Below are positions 41,200 through 50,679 of a stretch of DNA of 64,000 nucleotides, one piece after another. The stretch is from Candidatus Babeliales bacterium. GTDB taxonomy: Bacteria > Babelota > Babeliae > Babelales > JANWKD01. The stretch covers positions 1,184,001 to 1,248,000 of the forward strand of contig OY969622.1 in NCBI GenBank assembly GCA_963701665.1, written 5' to 3'. The notes under the pieces are model-generated. The model saw only the letters and a program-made list of their open reading frames with translations. It was not told the origin of the DNA and did no database searches. The translations under genes and the position numbers were made by a program. Positions within the stretch are counted from its first letter, which is position 1; every line of letters begins with the position of its first letter.

Positions 41200-42471
41200 T
41201 TATTTAAGCGATCGAGTACGTTCTTTACCTTTCTCATCAGAAAATTTTTCCTGAAGCAGATTATCAGCATTAGCCAGATCTTGTTCATCACGCCCATCAA
41301 GTGGACTTACTATCCTCGTCGAAGAACGGACAGTTAATCGGTTTGAATCCTCTTCTTTATTACCTCTATAACGAGGGCTTTCTATTACTTTTGAAAAACG
41401 AGCGGTTAACCGTTTTGAATTCTCTTCTTCCTCATCTTCACCTGCTTTCCGTTTAAGATAATAGACAAGATCATCAACACCTTCTTCATTATCATCACAT
41501 CGACGGCCCAAATATTCAATACTACTTTTACTATTATTATAAACCTCTTCCAAGTACCTACCATGACCTTCAATGACATCAAGTCTTTTTACTATTTCGA
41601 CAATTTTATCTTCCACAACAGCAACTTTAATGTGTTTTTGTTGTGCGGCAGGAGCAAATGACTTTTCAGGTATTTCCTCACCCTGTGATATCTTTTCAAG
41701 ATTGTTGATTCTCTTGGATAAATTTGCAAACACGTGCAGTGGAACGAGAATATGTTCAGTATTTTTCCCACATTGTAATAGTGATTCAATACGCTGTATT
41801 CTCTCTAATAAACCTTCAAGCCCTTGTCCAATTGTTTCGGCATCTGATTCATCATTATCTTCTTTTAGTTCTTTTATCACTATAGATTGAGTGCCAGGAA
41901 CCGTTTTCTTTATGTTCTTAAATTTCCTCTTTAAAGCAATCAACCAATCTCTCAGTTTTTCTTTTAAATCATCATTGTCTTCATCTTTTTGTTCTAAAAA
42001 TTTTATACGCCTACCATAAACCACCTGCGTAGTCTTATGAGCTTCTTTAAGCGCTTCATGATCACTTTTTAAAAGAATGAACTTTGCATTAAGTATTGCA
42101 TGATTTCCCTTTAAAGCTTCTTGTGCCATCTTTTCTTCTCGCGCTTTTCTTTTATAAAACAAATAGGTGTAGAGACCCCAAATACCAACACCTATAGTTG
42201 CGCAGGCAGTCGAAGGGGATTCATAAACTTTCTGTTGTAACCATTCAAAGTGCTGTTTTGACCATTCATAGACCTTTGTTCTTGTTTCAGGATCATGCCA
42301 GCAATAACCGCCTAATGCGGTAATTCCGGTACATAAAAGTGTCGTAGGATGGATTATATACTCAAAATAGTAGGAACGTTTGTGCTGATCATTATTTGAC
42401 CGCTCATCATTTTCTTCCATAGCTTGCATAGAAATAAAACAGAAAACCACCATTAAAAACAGTTTTTTCAT
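41200..42471 (-). CDS. Exported membrane-anchored coiled-coil protein (ME-type)
   Basis: MKKLFLMVVFCFISMQA|MEEN; N-terminal domain paralogous to the next gene. Confidence 0.75.
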   Translation of the reverse strand: MKKLFLMVVFCFISMQAMEENDERSNNDQHKRSYYFEYIIHPTTLLCTGITALGGYCWHDPETRTKVYEWSKQHFEWLQQKVYESPSTACATIGVGIWGLYTYLFYKRKAREEKMAQEALKGNHAILNAKFILLKSDHEALKEAHKTTQVVYGRRIKFLEQKDEDNDDLKEKLRDWLIALKRKFKNIKKTVPGTQSIVIKELKEDNDESDAETIGQGLEGLLERIQRIESLLQCGKNTEHILVPLHVFANLSKRINNLEKISQGEEIPEKSFAPAAQQKHIKVAVVEDKIVEIVKRLDVIEGHGRYLEEVYNNSKSSIEYLGRRCDDNEEGVDDLVYYLKRKAGEDEEEENSKRLTARFSKVIESPRYRGNKEEDSNRLTVRSSTRIVSPLDGRDEQDLANADNLLQEKFSDEKGKERTRSLK

Positions 42472-42508
42472 GTGAATTCCATCGTGCAATACAAAAAAAA
42501 GTAACATT

Positions 42509-43915
42509 TTAAACGCGATCACCTGGGAATTTTTTAGCGACAAAATCCCTTATTGCTTTCACATCTTTCTTTATGTTAGGTATATCTTTTTTATAATTGT
42601 CTCTTATTGCAACTAATGCTTCGTCTAGTTCCCCTATATCTTTTACATTAGCCGCGTACTTTTTATTAACCCTTCTATATTTTTTATTAAGCTTATCACG
42701 GTTAAGTTCATAATCTTCTGACCATTTATATATTCGCTCTTGCGCCCCTATTACTTCCTTAATTTGATCAGCTAGTTTATCAATGTTACTTGGCTTAAGC
42801 TCTGCATAAGGGCCAAATGATTTTTCAGTTGTCTCACAGCCTAGTACTATTATTTCAAGATTCCTAAGTCGCATCGCCCAAAGCCGTAGTGTTTCTTCCG
42901 GAAACAAGGAATGTGATATGGGAGGAATATTTGACCTAACACGCAAGCTAAGCGACTTATCAAGATCTTCTTTGATTATCACCGATTGAACACGTCCTTC
43001 ATCGTCAGAACTGCCTTCTCCTGAATAATGCGTATTATCTGATTTTACCATTTTTGCTAATGCTGCAATCTTGAGATTTAAATTGGTCGGGATATCCTGT
43101 TCTTCACCTTTTAATTCTCTTAGCTCTTTTACTTCTTTTATTTTTACGGACACAACGCGCCCCTCATCGTCGGAACTGGCATGCTCTGCCATTTGTTCTA
43201 ATGCTGTAATTTTAACACTTAAGAGGCCGAGAATATCCAACCCTTCACTTTTAAATTTCTCATTTGCTTTATCTTTGTCTTGTAACCATTGTATAGCACT
43301 TTGCATAGCCAACAGAGATTGATCATAGAAGTGATGCTCCTTATCGTTGTCTTGATCTTTTTTTTCTAAAAGCATTAATCGCGCAGCATAAATTGCTTGC
43401 ATAGTGTTATGACCTTCTTTAAGCGCTCCATAATCATCTTTCACAAATAGTGCATAAGCTTCTTCAGATGCTTCATGATTACTTTTCAAATCTTCGTAAT
43501 CTTTTCTTAAAAGGATGGACTCTGTTTTAAGTATTGCATGATCTCTTTTTAAAGCTTCTTGTGCCTTTTTTTCTTCGCGCGCTTTCTTCTTGTTAAACAA
43601 ATAAGTATAGAGTCCCAAAACTCCAAGGCCTGCTGTAACCACCTTTCCAGCAGTAGGTAATGCACAAAATTGGTCTTTTAACCATTCAAATTGCTGCTTT
43701 GACCATTCATATGCTTGTGTTCTCGCTTCAGAATCATACCAGCAATAACCGCCTAAGGCCGTGATTCCCGTCAATAAAACCGTAGTGGGATGGGTAAGGT
43801 ATTCTACATACGAGCGTTTTTGATTTTCATTATCTGAAGCGATAGTGAACTGGGTAAAGAAAACAATAAATATTCCTATTAAGATCTTGATATGCACATT
43901 TTTGAGCATTGTCAT
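42509..43915 (-). CDS. Exported membrane-anchored coiled-coil protein, paralog of the preceding gene
   Basis: Shares HPTTxLxTGITALGGYCW..YEWSKQxFEWL..GLYTYLFxKxKAREEK; internal repeat SSDDEGRV. Confidence 0.75.
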   Translation of the reverse strand: MTMLKNVHIKILIGIFIVFFTQFTIASDNENQKRSYVEYLTHPTTVLLTGITALGGYCWYDSEARTQAYEWSKQQFEWLKDQFCALPTAGKVVTAGLGVLGLYTYLFNKKKAREEKKAQEALKRDHAILKTESILLRKDYEDLKSNHEASEEAYALFVKDDYGALKEGHNTMQAIYAARLMLLEKKDQDNDKEHHFYDQSLLAMQSAIQWLQDKDKANEKFKSEGLDILGLLSVKITALEQMAEHASSDDEGRVVSVKIKEVKELRELKGEEQDIPTNLNLKIAALAKMVKSDNTHYSGEGSSDDEGRVQSVIIKEDLDKSLSLRVRSNIPPISHSLFPEETLRLWAMRLRNLEIIVLGCETTEKSFGPYAELKPSNIDKLADQIKEVIGAQERIYKWSEDYELNRDKLNKKYRRVNKKYAANVKDIGELDEALVAIRDNYKKDIPNIKKDVKAIRDFVAKKFPGDRV

Positions 43916-43973
43916 TGGGTTCTTCCTTCATCTTGCAAAATATTATTATGTATTAGAATAGAACTTTTTGGTG

Positions 43974-44516
43974 TTACGTCGCAATGATATCACGTATCAT
44001 AGCGACAGAACGTTCAACAACGTCATTCACCGCCATATGCGGTTCTTTGAATCTTTCAAGCACATAATCGGGAACCTGTTCGCGTTGCACAGGACGGCCG
44101 ATGCCAATGCGCACGCGATGAAAATCGGGCCCTAAAAAATTGATCACGGATTTCAGACCATTATGCCCTTTTGCACTGCCACCTGTTTTTATTTTTATCT
44201 GGCCAAATGGTAGCTCAAGCTCATCATGAATAACTAAAATTTGATTGGCAGTGATACCTTTTTTTTGTAAAAAAGGTATCACTTTGCCTGAATCATTCAT
44301 AAATGTTTGCGGTTTTATTAGAAGAATTGGCATATCATTGTGCACAATAGTACACACGAGCATGCTATCATTTTTTTTAAATTCCTGCCCATATGCTTGT
44401 GCAAGAGCATCAACAACACGAAAGCCAATATTATGCCGCGTCAATGCATACTTCTCACCAGGGTTACCAAGGCCAATAATTGCTTTTATCGGCAGGTGAG
44501 TTAGTAATTCATTCAT
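43974..44516 (-). CDS. pth: Peptidyl-tRNA hydrolase
   Basis: GLGNPG, TRHNIGF, KPQTFMN, HDEL, GHNGLKS. Confidence 0.96.
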   Translation of the reverse strand: MNELLTHLPIKAIIGLGNPGEKYALTRHNIGFRVVDALAQAYGQEFKKNDSMLVCTIVHNDMPILLIKPQTFMNDSGKVIPFLQKKGITANQILVIHDELELPFGQIKIKTGGSAKGHNGLKSVINFLGPDFHRVRIGIGRPVQREQVPDYVLERFKEPHMAVNDVVERSVAMIRDIIAT

Positions 44517-44518
44517 AG

Positions 44519-45139
44519 TTATTTTGGTAAATCTTTCATTGGTAGGGGTTGCATTACCGGAGCTGATTTCTGTTCTAGTTTTTTCTTAGAACCATATTTT
44601 GTATTCATTTTGGTAATCAATTCAGCTGAAACATCAAGTTTTGGCGAAACATACAGCACACCACCTGCAAGAACAATATCAAGACCCATCTCCATGGCAA
44701 TTTCGTGTGAAGCCGTTTCAATTTCTTTAAATACTGCCATTTGGGCTTCTTGCGATACACGTTCAGCATCTTCTTGGAGAGATTGCATCATACCTTCAAT
44801 TGCTATAGCCATTTGTTTTAATTCAATTTGTTTTGCTTTGACAACTTCAGGCTTTGCAGTTGATCCCATACTCTGCAACCCACTCTGTTTAGTTGCATAC
44901 TCAGTTTTCTTATCTTCAATTTTTTGATTTTTCGCTTGAAGGTCTTTTTGAATTTTCATTCCTTCATCTTTCCATTGTTCAAGGCCTTGCAGCACTTTAT
45001 ATGGATCAACAAAACCAATTTTTGCACCTTGATCAGGAAGTTTTAAATTTGGGGTTACTGCAACACTTTTATTTACGTCGCTTGTAAAAACATAAGGAAT
45101 ATTCAAAAGACAGATAAGTGCAAAAACTATTTTTTTCAT
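44519..45139 (-). CDS. ompH: OmpH/Skp periplasmic chaperone
   Basis: Signal peptide, KIGFVD, coiled coil, GLDIVL...VLYVSPKLDVSAELI. Confidence 0.8.
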   Translation of the reverse strand: MKKIVFALICLLNIPYVFTSDVNKSVAVTPNLKLPDQGAKIGFVDPYKVLQGLEQWKDEGMKIQKDLQAKNQKIEDKKTEYATKQSGLQSMGSTAKPEVVKAKQIELKQMAIAIEGMMQSLQEDAERVSQEAQMAVFKEIETASHEIAMEMGLDIVLAGGVLYVSPKLDVSAELITKMNTKYGSKKKLEQKSAPVMQPLPMKDLPK

Positions 45140-45236
45140 GATAACCCTTTCATGGATAAATTACTTTTTCTCATGAACGATAGTTTACTGCATTAACAAA
45201 AAGCGTCAAACGTATACGCTCGTTTTTGAGGTTATT

Positions 45237-45620
45237 CTAATTATTTTTTCCTTTTATGCAGTTGCAAGCAACAAGGGCACACACCCCGCACGCCGCACCT
45301 CCAACAGCACCGACGGACAATACCTCTACGGCATGATAACGTTCACCTTCTTGTAATGAATCTTCATCGGAGTAATAAAAACAAGCACCGCCACATACAC
45401 CCAGTAGACAGAAACTTGCGGTCATTACTATTTCGCCAAATGTTGGTGCTCTCGTTTCAACCTTGATATGTTTATTTCTTTTTTTAATTTTTTTTATTTT
45501 TCTTCGAGTTTTAAGTGGATTAATGGCAACCGGTGCAGTTCTCTTGTATGCTGCACATATATACGAATCATTAGCAAACATCGTAATGAGCATTCCGATT
45601 GTAAGTAGTTTTTTTATCAT
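45237..45620 (-). CDS. Exported protein with basic patch and two C-terminal hydrophobic segments
   Basis: Signal peptide; KTRRKIKKIKKRNK; two Gly/Cys-rich TMs. Confidence 0.65.
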   Translation of the reverse strand: MIKKLLTIGMLITMFANDSYICAAYKRTAPVAINPLKTRRKIKKIKKRNKHIKVETRAPTFGEIVMTASFCLLGVCGGACFYYSDEDSLQEGERYHAVEVLSVGAVGGAACGVCALVACNCIKGKNN

Positions 45621-45719
45621 TGTGTCCCAAGGTGTTCATTGTGTTTAAAATTTTATTCCATTCACAAATAATAAGTATAATAATGCCAATAAATTGCACA
45701 ATACAAACGAGGGGATAAA

Positions 45720-46060
45720 ATAAATAGACTTTTTCCCGAGCAAAATGCTTAAGGTTCTACATGCTTAGTCTTTAATTGACATATACCTCCTAAAGACGAG
45801 ATCCGATATATACCACATAGTTTGTATAGATTTTTTCCTACGTACACGATACAAAATTATGTTAACCTCTCGGGTACGTTCTACTTTTATTCACATCAGC
45901 TTAAATTAGTAGAAGAATCGTTTAGCTGATATGCTCATTTTTTTTGCGAAGAATACAGTAAACTTCGGCATGCTTTCTTAAACATTTCTGGGAAAGCTTT
46001 TAGACTTTTTTACAGGGAAGAATCAGATAAAAACAGGTAGGGACAGACTCTCTCCTTCTT
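45720..46060 (-). ncRNA. tmRNA-derived structured RNA lacking the tRNA-like domain
   Basis: tmRNA signatures GCATGCCGA and GACTAAGCATGTAG, long helix 2, pk1-like hairpin and three further pseudoknot-type elements; own promoter; no acceptor stem, T-arm or CCA. Confidence 0.75.
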
Positions 46061-46066
46061 ATTTTC

Positions 46067-46096
46067 AGGATACCACGTCCCAATCAGGCAAGTCAA
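46067..46096 (-). promoter_or_regulatory. Sigma70-type promoter for the tmRNA-like RNA
   Basis: TTGACT-18 bp-TATCCT with extended -10 TG. Confidence 0.6.
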
Positions 46097-46116
46097 CGGT
46101 TTTTAGCATAATTTTA

Positions 46117-47085
46117 TTATGCCGTTTTTCTCCAATTATTGATGCAATCGATCGTTTCATGCAACGCGCGCCGTTGTGATTCGAGTGTATTAAATGCGTT
46201 ATGATATGAAATAAAAACGCGCGGATGATTAATAAGATAGGTATTTTGGCAAATTGTTTTATACGCTGTTTGGGCAAGTGAAGTATGCATAAGTACCGAC
46301 ATATGAAAGGTGAAGAATTCTTCTTCAAGCACATCGAGCGCAATGCCGCCAACGAGGTTTTTTTCTAGAAGTTCAATAAGCGCACTCGTTTCAATAACAC
46401 CGCCGCGCGCCGTATTAATCAAGAAGAACCCTCGTTTACATTGTTTGAGTGTTTGTGCATTTAACATATGCTTCGTTTGATCGTTCAGGGGAACATGCAC
46501 GGTAATAATATCAGCTTGCTGCAAGAGTTCATTCAATGGCACTAATTTCACATCATCGGCTGAGGTTTTGCAAGGATCGTACGCAATGATGCTCATAGAA
46601 AATCCGCGTGCAATGTTAGCAACCGCAGATCCAATATTTCCCAAACCAATAATGCCGAGTGTTTTACCAGCAAGTTCAACGCCCATGATAGCCTCATAAT
46701 TTTTTTGCGCACGCGTTAGCTCGCGAAATGGTATAGTTTTCTTCATGATCGTCAGCATTAATGCGAATGTATATTCAGCAACCGCTTGCGTTGCATAACA
46801 CGGTAATGTATATGTCTTTATGCCGCGCTCCTGAATTGCTCGACAATCAAGATGATCAGCGCCAGTCGTACGAGAAAAAATAGCTTTAAGCTTAGGAAAG
46901 TGCGCAAGCACTTCTTTGTTGATGATAGAAAAAATAAAGACAGAAATCACATCGGCATCGCGCGCTTGTTGTGGTATATTTTTCTGAGTAAGCGGATAGC
47001 TAAAAAAGTATACTTCATCACGTTCAAATGCTTTTTTTAAAATTTCTTCTTGTTCAGACGTTACTTCAAAAAAAAGCATTTTCAT
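46117..47085 (-). CDS. D-2-hydroxyacid (D-lactate-type) dehydrogenase
   Basis: AVAEY, GIIGLGNIG, YDP, HVPL, INTARG, LDVLEEE, HNAF. Confidence 0.9.
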   Translation of the reverse strand: MKMLFFEVTSEQEEILKKAFERDEVYFFSYPLTQKNIPQQARDADVISVFIFSIINKEVLAHFPKLKAIFSRTTGADHLDCRAIQERGIKTYTLPCYATQAVAEYTFALMLTIMKKTIPFRELTRAQKNYEAIMGVELAGKTLGIIGLGNIGSAVANIARGFSMSIIAYDPCKTSADDVKLVPLNELLQQADIITVHVPLNDQTKHMLNAQTLKQCKRGFFLINTARGGVIETSALIELLEKNLVGGIALDVLEEEFFTFHMSVLMHTSLAQTAYKTICQNTYLINHPRVFISYHNAFNTLESQRRALHETIDCINNWRKTA

Positions 47086-47108
47086 TATACATTCCTTTTT
47101 TGTTTTGA

Positions 47109-47290
47109 CATAAAACAATGAAATTGTACAAAGAACATCAGAATGTCATTCCGAGGCATCTTGTGCCGTGGGAATCCAAAATTCAATAAATCCTTATTTT
47201 TGGAATAATTTTATTATCTGGATTGCCACGCATTCGCTCGCAATGACGATTCTGCATACAATATTTATTTCTTTAGTCACTGTTTTATGT
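47109..47290 (+). repeat. Palindromic repeat copy G (core 47145-47247) inside an outer inverted repeat
   Basis: GTCATTCCGAG...GGAATCCA...TGGATTGCCACGCATTCGCTCGCAATGAC. Outer IR ACATAAAACAATGA / TCACTGTTTTATGT. Confidence 0.85.
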
Positions 47291-47356
47291 GCCCAATTAG
47301 TTTTCTAATTTGTTAAAAACAGTGATAACACATAAAAAAGAAATAAGTACAGAAAA

Positions 47357-48574
47357 TTAAAGCACAATGTGCTCTAATGCCCAATCTTCGTAGCGTCGCG
47401 CGGTTCTCAAAATACCGAATGATACTGATGAGAATTTGAGATTAGGAAAAGGTGCCGTTAAGAAAGTAACTACCTTGAAATCCCACAATGGCATAATACC
47501 TTTATTCTCTTCTAATAAGGTAAGCATACCGCCATGATGCTGATGCGCTCTAAAAATTGCTCTCAACTTAACATCATGAGCATTAATTCTTGTAAGCATG
47601 TATTCGGTAAGTTTTTGACCAAAAACCCATCCACGCCCTGGATGATAATCAACAACTGGGGAACGATAATTTTCTTGACGCTCAATAAAATCATTCCATA
47701 AAAAACCGAGTGTCACAGGATTTGTTGGTAATACTGGTTTGAAATTACATATTTCATGCTCAGGAATATTTTTTATCACATCTTGTTTAAGATGTGGTGG
47801 CAATTCGCGCACTGCTTCAACACGCTCGATTAAGGGTAAAGCATGATACATATTTGAATGAGTATCTGCTAACAAGCGATAAGGGTTGTAGCCAATTTCA
47901 ATACCGCCGTGACAGCATTGAATAAAGTCATGGTGATCACCTGAACCAAGATAAAGAACGGTTGGCATATATTCATATATATCAAACACTGCATTTAGTT
48001 CATCGCCGGTGATCTCAGGAAATTTCGCACACAATTCGCTTTTAAATCCGTAGACGGTATTTAACAATCTATCTTCATGATTCCCGCGCACAAGAAATAC
48101 TGAACGAGGGTTACGCAGTTTTAAAGTAAGTATCGTAGTTAGCACTTCAACACCTGAAGGCCCGCGATCAACATAATCACCGAGAAAGATACAATAAAAT
48201 TGTGGCTTCATAATTACGAGATTCTGGTCGATATAACCATCTCTTTGTAAAGCAAGAATACACTCGTCGAGTGCTTTTTTATTCCCGTGTAAATCCCCAA
48301 AAAAAGCTATTTCACTTCCGTGCGGAACGCTGAGTTTTTGTGCAAATGGGGTAAAGCTCGTGACCTTTCGTTGGGTAAAGGGATTACCCTGTGAAAGCCA
48401 AGGTGCTGAGCGCAGGTGTTCATGAGAAGTCACCTTAAAATCATGAATAACCTTTTTGAACTCTTGGTGCGATGGCAAGGCCTGTTGCGGGCGGACCTGC
48501 CTGCCTGCCCTATCGGCAAAAAGCTGGAAACTTGAAAAAGTTAAAAACAGTAAAAATATATTCTTTTTATTCAT
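47357..48574 (-). CDS. Exported PPP-family Ser/Thr protein phosphatase (metallophosphoesterase)
   Basis: GDLHG, GDYVDRG, RGNHE, HGG, LWND, RAHQ; signal peptide QLFA|D. Confidence 0.88.
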   Translation of the reverse strand: MNKKNIFLLFLTFSSFQLFADRAGRQVRPQQALPSHQEFKKVIHDFKVTSHEHLRSAPWLSQGNPFTQRKVTSFTPFAQKLSVPHGSEIAFFGDLHGNKKALDECILALQRDGYIDQNLVIMKPQFYCIFLGDYVDRGPSGVEVLTTILTLKLRNPRSVFLVRGNHEDRLLNTVYGFKSELCAKFPEITGDELNAVFDIYEYMPTVLYLGSGDHHDFIQCCHGGIEIGYNPYRLLADTHSNMYHALPLIERVEAVRELPPHLKQDVIKNIPEHEICNFKPVLPTNPVTLGFLWNDFIERQENYRSPVVDYHPGRGWVFGQKLTEYMLTRINAHDVKLRAIFRAHQHHGGMLTLLEENKGIMPLWDFKVVTFLTAPFPNLKFSSVSFGILRTARRYEDWALEHIVL

Positions 48575-48674
48575 AGAAAACCTCCATTCTAATAGGCTTC
48601 TAAAAAGTATAGCACGGTAAGGCTTTATTGGCAAAAGCCTCCAGGCTGTAGGAACAGAGTCCTATAAAATTTTC

Positions 48675-48703
48675 TTGACAATGTCCTTGGGGGTTGTTAG
48701 GAT
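48675..48703 (+). promoter_or_regulatory. Sigma70-type promoter with no downstream protein gene
   Basis: TTGACA-17 bp-TAGGAT with extended -10 TG. Confidence 0.65.
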
Positions 48704-48709
48704 TTGCCC

Positions 48710-48818
48710 TGACTTCATAAAAACGTAAAAAAATGTCCCTAAATGAACAATACTCATTCTTTTTGTATTGTTCACCCCCTAACCCTTCAGCTTATTTAAG
48801 TTGGAGGGATTTTATTTT
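48710..48818 (+). ncRNA. Candidate ~110-nt small RNA
   Basis: Promoter, 10-bp hairpin (48744-48774), CCCCCT linker, terminator hairpin (48783-48808) and U-rich tail. Confidence 0.55.
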
Positions 48819-48828
48819 AAGTTGAAAC

Positions 48829-49320
48829 TCAATCAGTCTTAATCGTCTTTTTCATTTGTTGTATATGTAACTTAGTTTTACAATGACGTTTATAATAACT
48901 TTCGATATACGCTCTTCTACAATAATCGCAATATATCTCATCTTCTTGCCGCTTTTTCACTATTCCTTTTGGCTTTTTGTTGTCTTTTAATTCCCATATT
49001 TTTTGATATACCGTAGCGAAATCTGATGTTTCAATTTCATACGTCTCACCATCTATCGTCTGGCGCCATTCTTTCCATTGCTTATGCATTGGCGAACAAG
49101 TATATCCTTCTTCTATTTTCTCACGTAATGAGGCGCACTGTTGACGAATCAATTCGTTATTTGGATCATCCATTTTACAATCCGACTCAGCGCAGTATGG
49201 TGCTGTATCTACTATTGATGTCGGGATATAAGTGATAGCAGTTAATTCTTGAAGATCTTGAGTGTGTAACGAAAATATAAGCATATGTATAAAACCAAAC
49301 AAAAAGATTATTTTTTTCAT
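48829..49320 (-). CDS. Exported protein with C-terminal U1/matrin-like C2H2 zinc finger
   Basis: Signal peptide; YCDYCRRAYIESYYKRHCKTKLH. Confidence 0.65.
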   Translation of the reverse strand: MKKIIFLFGFIHMLIFSLHTQDLQELTAITYIPTSIVDTAPYCAESDCKMDDPNNELIRQQCASLREKIEEGYTCSPMHKQWKEWRQTIDGETYEIETSDFATVYQKIWELKDNKKPKGIVKKRQEDEIYCDYCRRAYIESYYKRHCKTKLHIQQMKKTIKTD

Positions 49321-49537
49321 CGCTATTTACTCGCACTAATGGGATTATAGATCAATGGAAAATCTTTACTGTAATAATTGCACAAACAAATTATTCAAAT
49401 AAATATTGATATGTAGTATAATATTTACTATTGTATATTTTTAACAACATAACAATAATCACTAGTTCTAGCAAAAAAATTTAAAAAAAAATGCTACAAA
49501 GTATATACGCTCGGCATTTTTCAAAAGGAAAGTAATT

Positions 49538-50374
49538 ATGAACTTTACGTCATTTATCCCATGTATACTCTTTCTGACACTCGTTTCAAATACACTCGCT
49601 ATGGATAATGATCGTTGGCCCGAACGCTCGCCCTCACCAACGCCGAGGTTACGTCAAAAAACAAGCCCGTATAATGAGGCGTCTCATAAAATTTTTATGA
49701 AAGCGCTTTTAAAAACATTAAAAGATAAAAAAGGCACCGATGTTGATGAGCTTTTGGGTACGTATCTTCAAACACATCAAACATTAGATTGTATTTTTCA
49801 TGGTGCAATTACTAAAAATCAACACAATCTAGTTCGTTATCTTGTGAACAACTATAGTAAAAATATTGATGTAAACATACCGGATGAAAAGGGGCGCAGC
49901 GCTTTACATAAAGCAGCAAGAACTGGTTCTCCTGCTATAGTTGATCAAATATTATCCTTATGGCCAAATGTAAATAGCAAAACACGAGCAGGCAACACGC
50001 CTCTCCATGCTGCTGCAAAAAATGGCAATACCGAAGTCCTGAAACGCTTACTACAATCTTATTACGGTGCAGATCTTGAAGCGCGTAACCTCAAACAACA
50101 AACACCCCTTGTCGTGGCTGTTGAATATGTTCAGCCAGCTGCATATGATTTCTTCATTAAACGTCGAGCAAATGTCAGTGTTATAAGTAAAGAGGGGACA
50201 ACGCTCTTACATTCAGCCGTACTTAGTGGCTACTTACCGATGGTACTTAACCTTATAAAGACGCATAAACTGGATACATGTGCACATGATGGCCACAACC
50301 GAACGCCATATGATATTGCTCATAAAAATGAAGATACGAATATGATTGTTAATCTTGAAGGTTATCCCCATTAA
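49538..50374 (+). CDS. Exported ankyrin-repeat protein (MD-type)
   Basis: TLA|MDND; GRSALHKAA, GNTPLHAAAKNG, TPLVVAV, TLLHSAV. Confidence 0.9.
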   Translation: MNFTSFIPCILFLTLVSNTLAMDNDRWPERSPSPTPRLRQKTSPYNEASHKIFMKALLKTLKDKKGTDVDELLGTYLQTHQTLDCIFHGAITKNQHNLVRYLVNNYSKNIDVNIPDEKGRSALHKAARTGSPAIVDQILSLWPNVNSKTRAGNTPLHAAAKNGNTEVLKRLLQSYYGADLEARNLKQQTPLVVAVEYVQPAAYDFFIKRRANVSVISKEGTTLLHSAVLSGYLPMVLNLIKTHKLDTCAHDGHNRTPYDIAHKNEDTNMIVNLEGYPH

Positions 50375-50679
50375 GAAACATGCGTTCCCGTCAAAGAAAT
50401 TTCTCTGATCTGTCCATCTTCTTTGTGCTGCATGATAACCGATGAAGGCAATACCGTTTTAACTTGCCATTTAGTTTCAGTACTTAAAAGCGCAATTTCT
50501 TCATGATCTAATTTTGGTGATTCTTTGATTTCAGCCACTGCTTTTTTAGCATCTTTACGTTGCTCATCTGCTGAACACCCAAAACAGAATGGGTTGCGTT
50601 GCGCGTCATTTTTTTCTTGCACACCAAATAAAGGACAAAAAAATAAGCCCATACTAAGCAAGATATGTATTTTATGCAT
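50371..50679 (-). CDS. Small exported protein, PilP-like by position and RNPF motif
   Basis: Overlaps the end of the PilO-like gene; RNPF motif; beta-rich end WQVKTVLPSSVIM. Confidence 0.45.
   Translation of the reverse strand: MHKIHILLSMGLFFCPLFGVQEKNDAQRNPFCFGCSADEQRKDAKKAVAEIKESPKLDHEEIALLSTETKWQVKTVLPSSVIMQHKEDGQIREISLTGTHVS

Noticed and set aside
45765..45790. GGAGG followed by micro-ORF MSIKD* on the minus strand
   Set aside because: The spacing is very short and the bases are accounted for by the pk4-like pairing; translation cannot be excluded but is unsupported.
45720..46060. Calling this a canonical or permuted ssrA
   Set aside because: No acceptor stem, T-arm or CCA is present nearby on either side, and the order of parts is unpermuted.
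48733..48825. 30-aa ORF MSLNEQYSFF... within the sRNA candidate
   Set aside because: It has no RBS and runs through the terminator.
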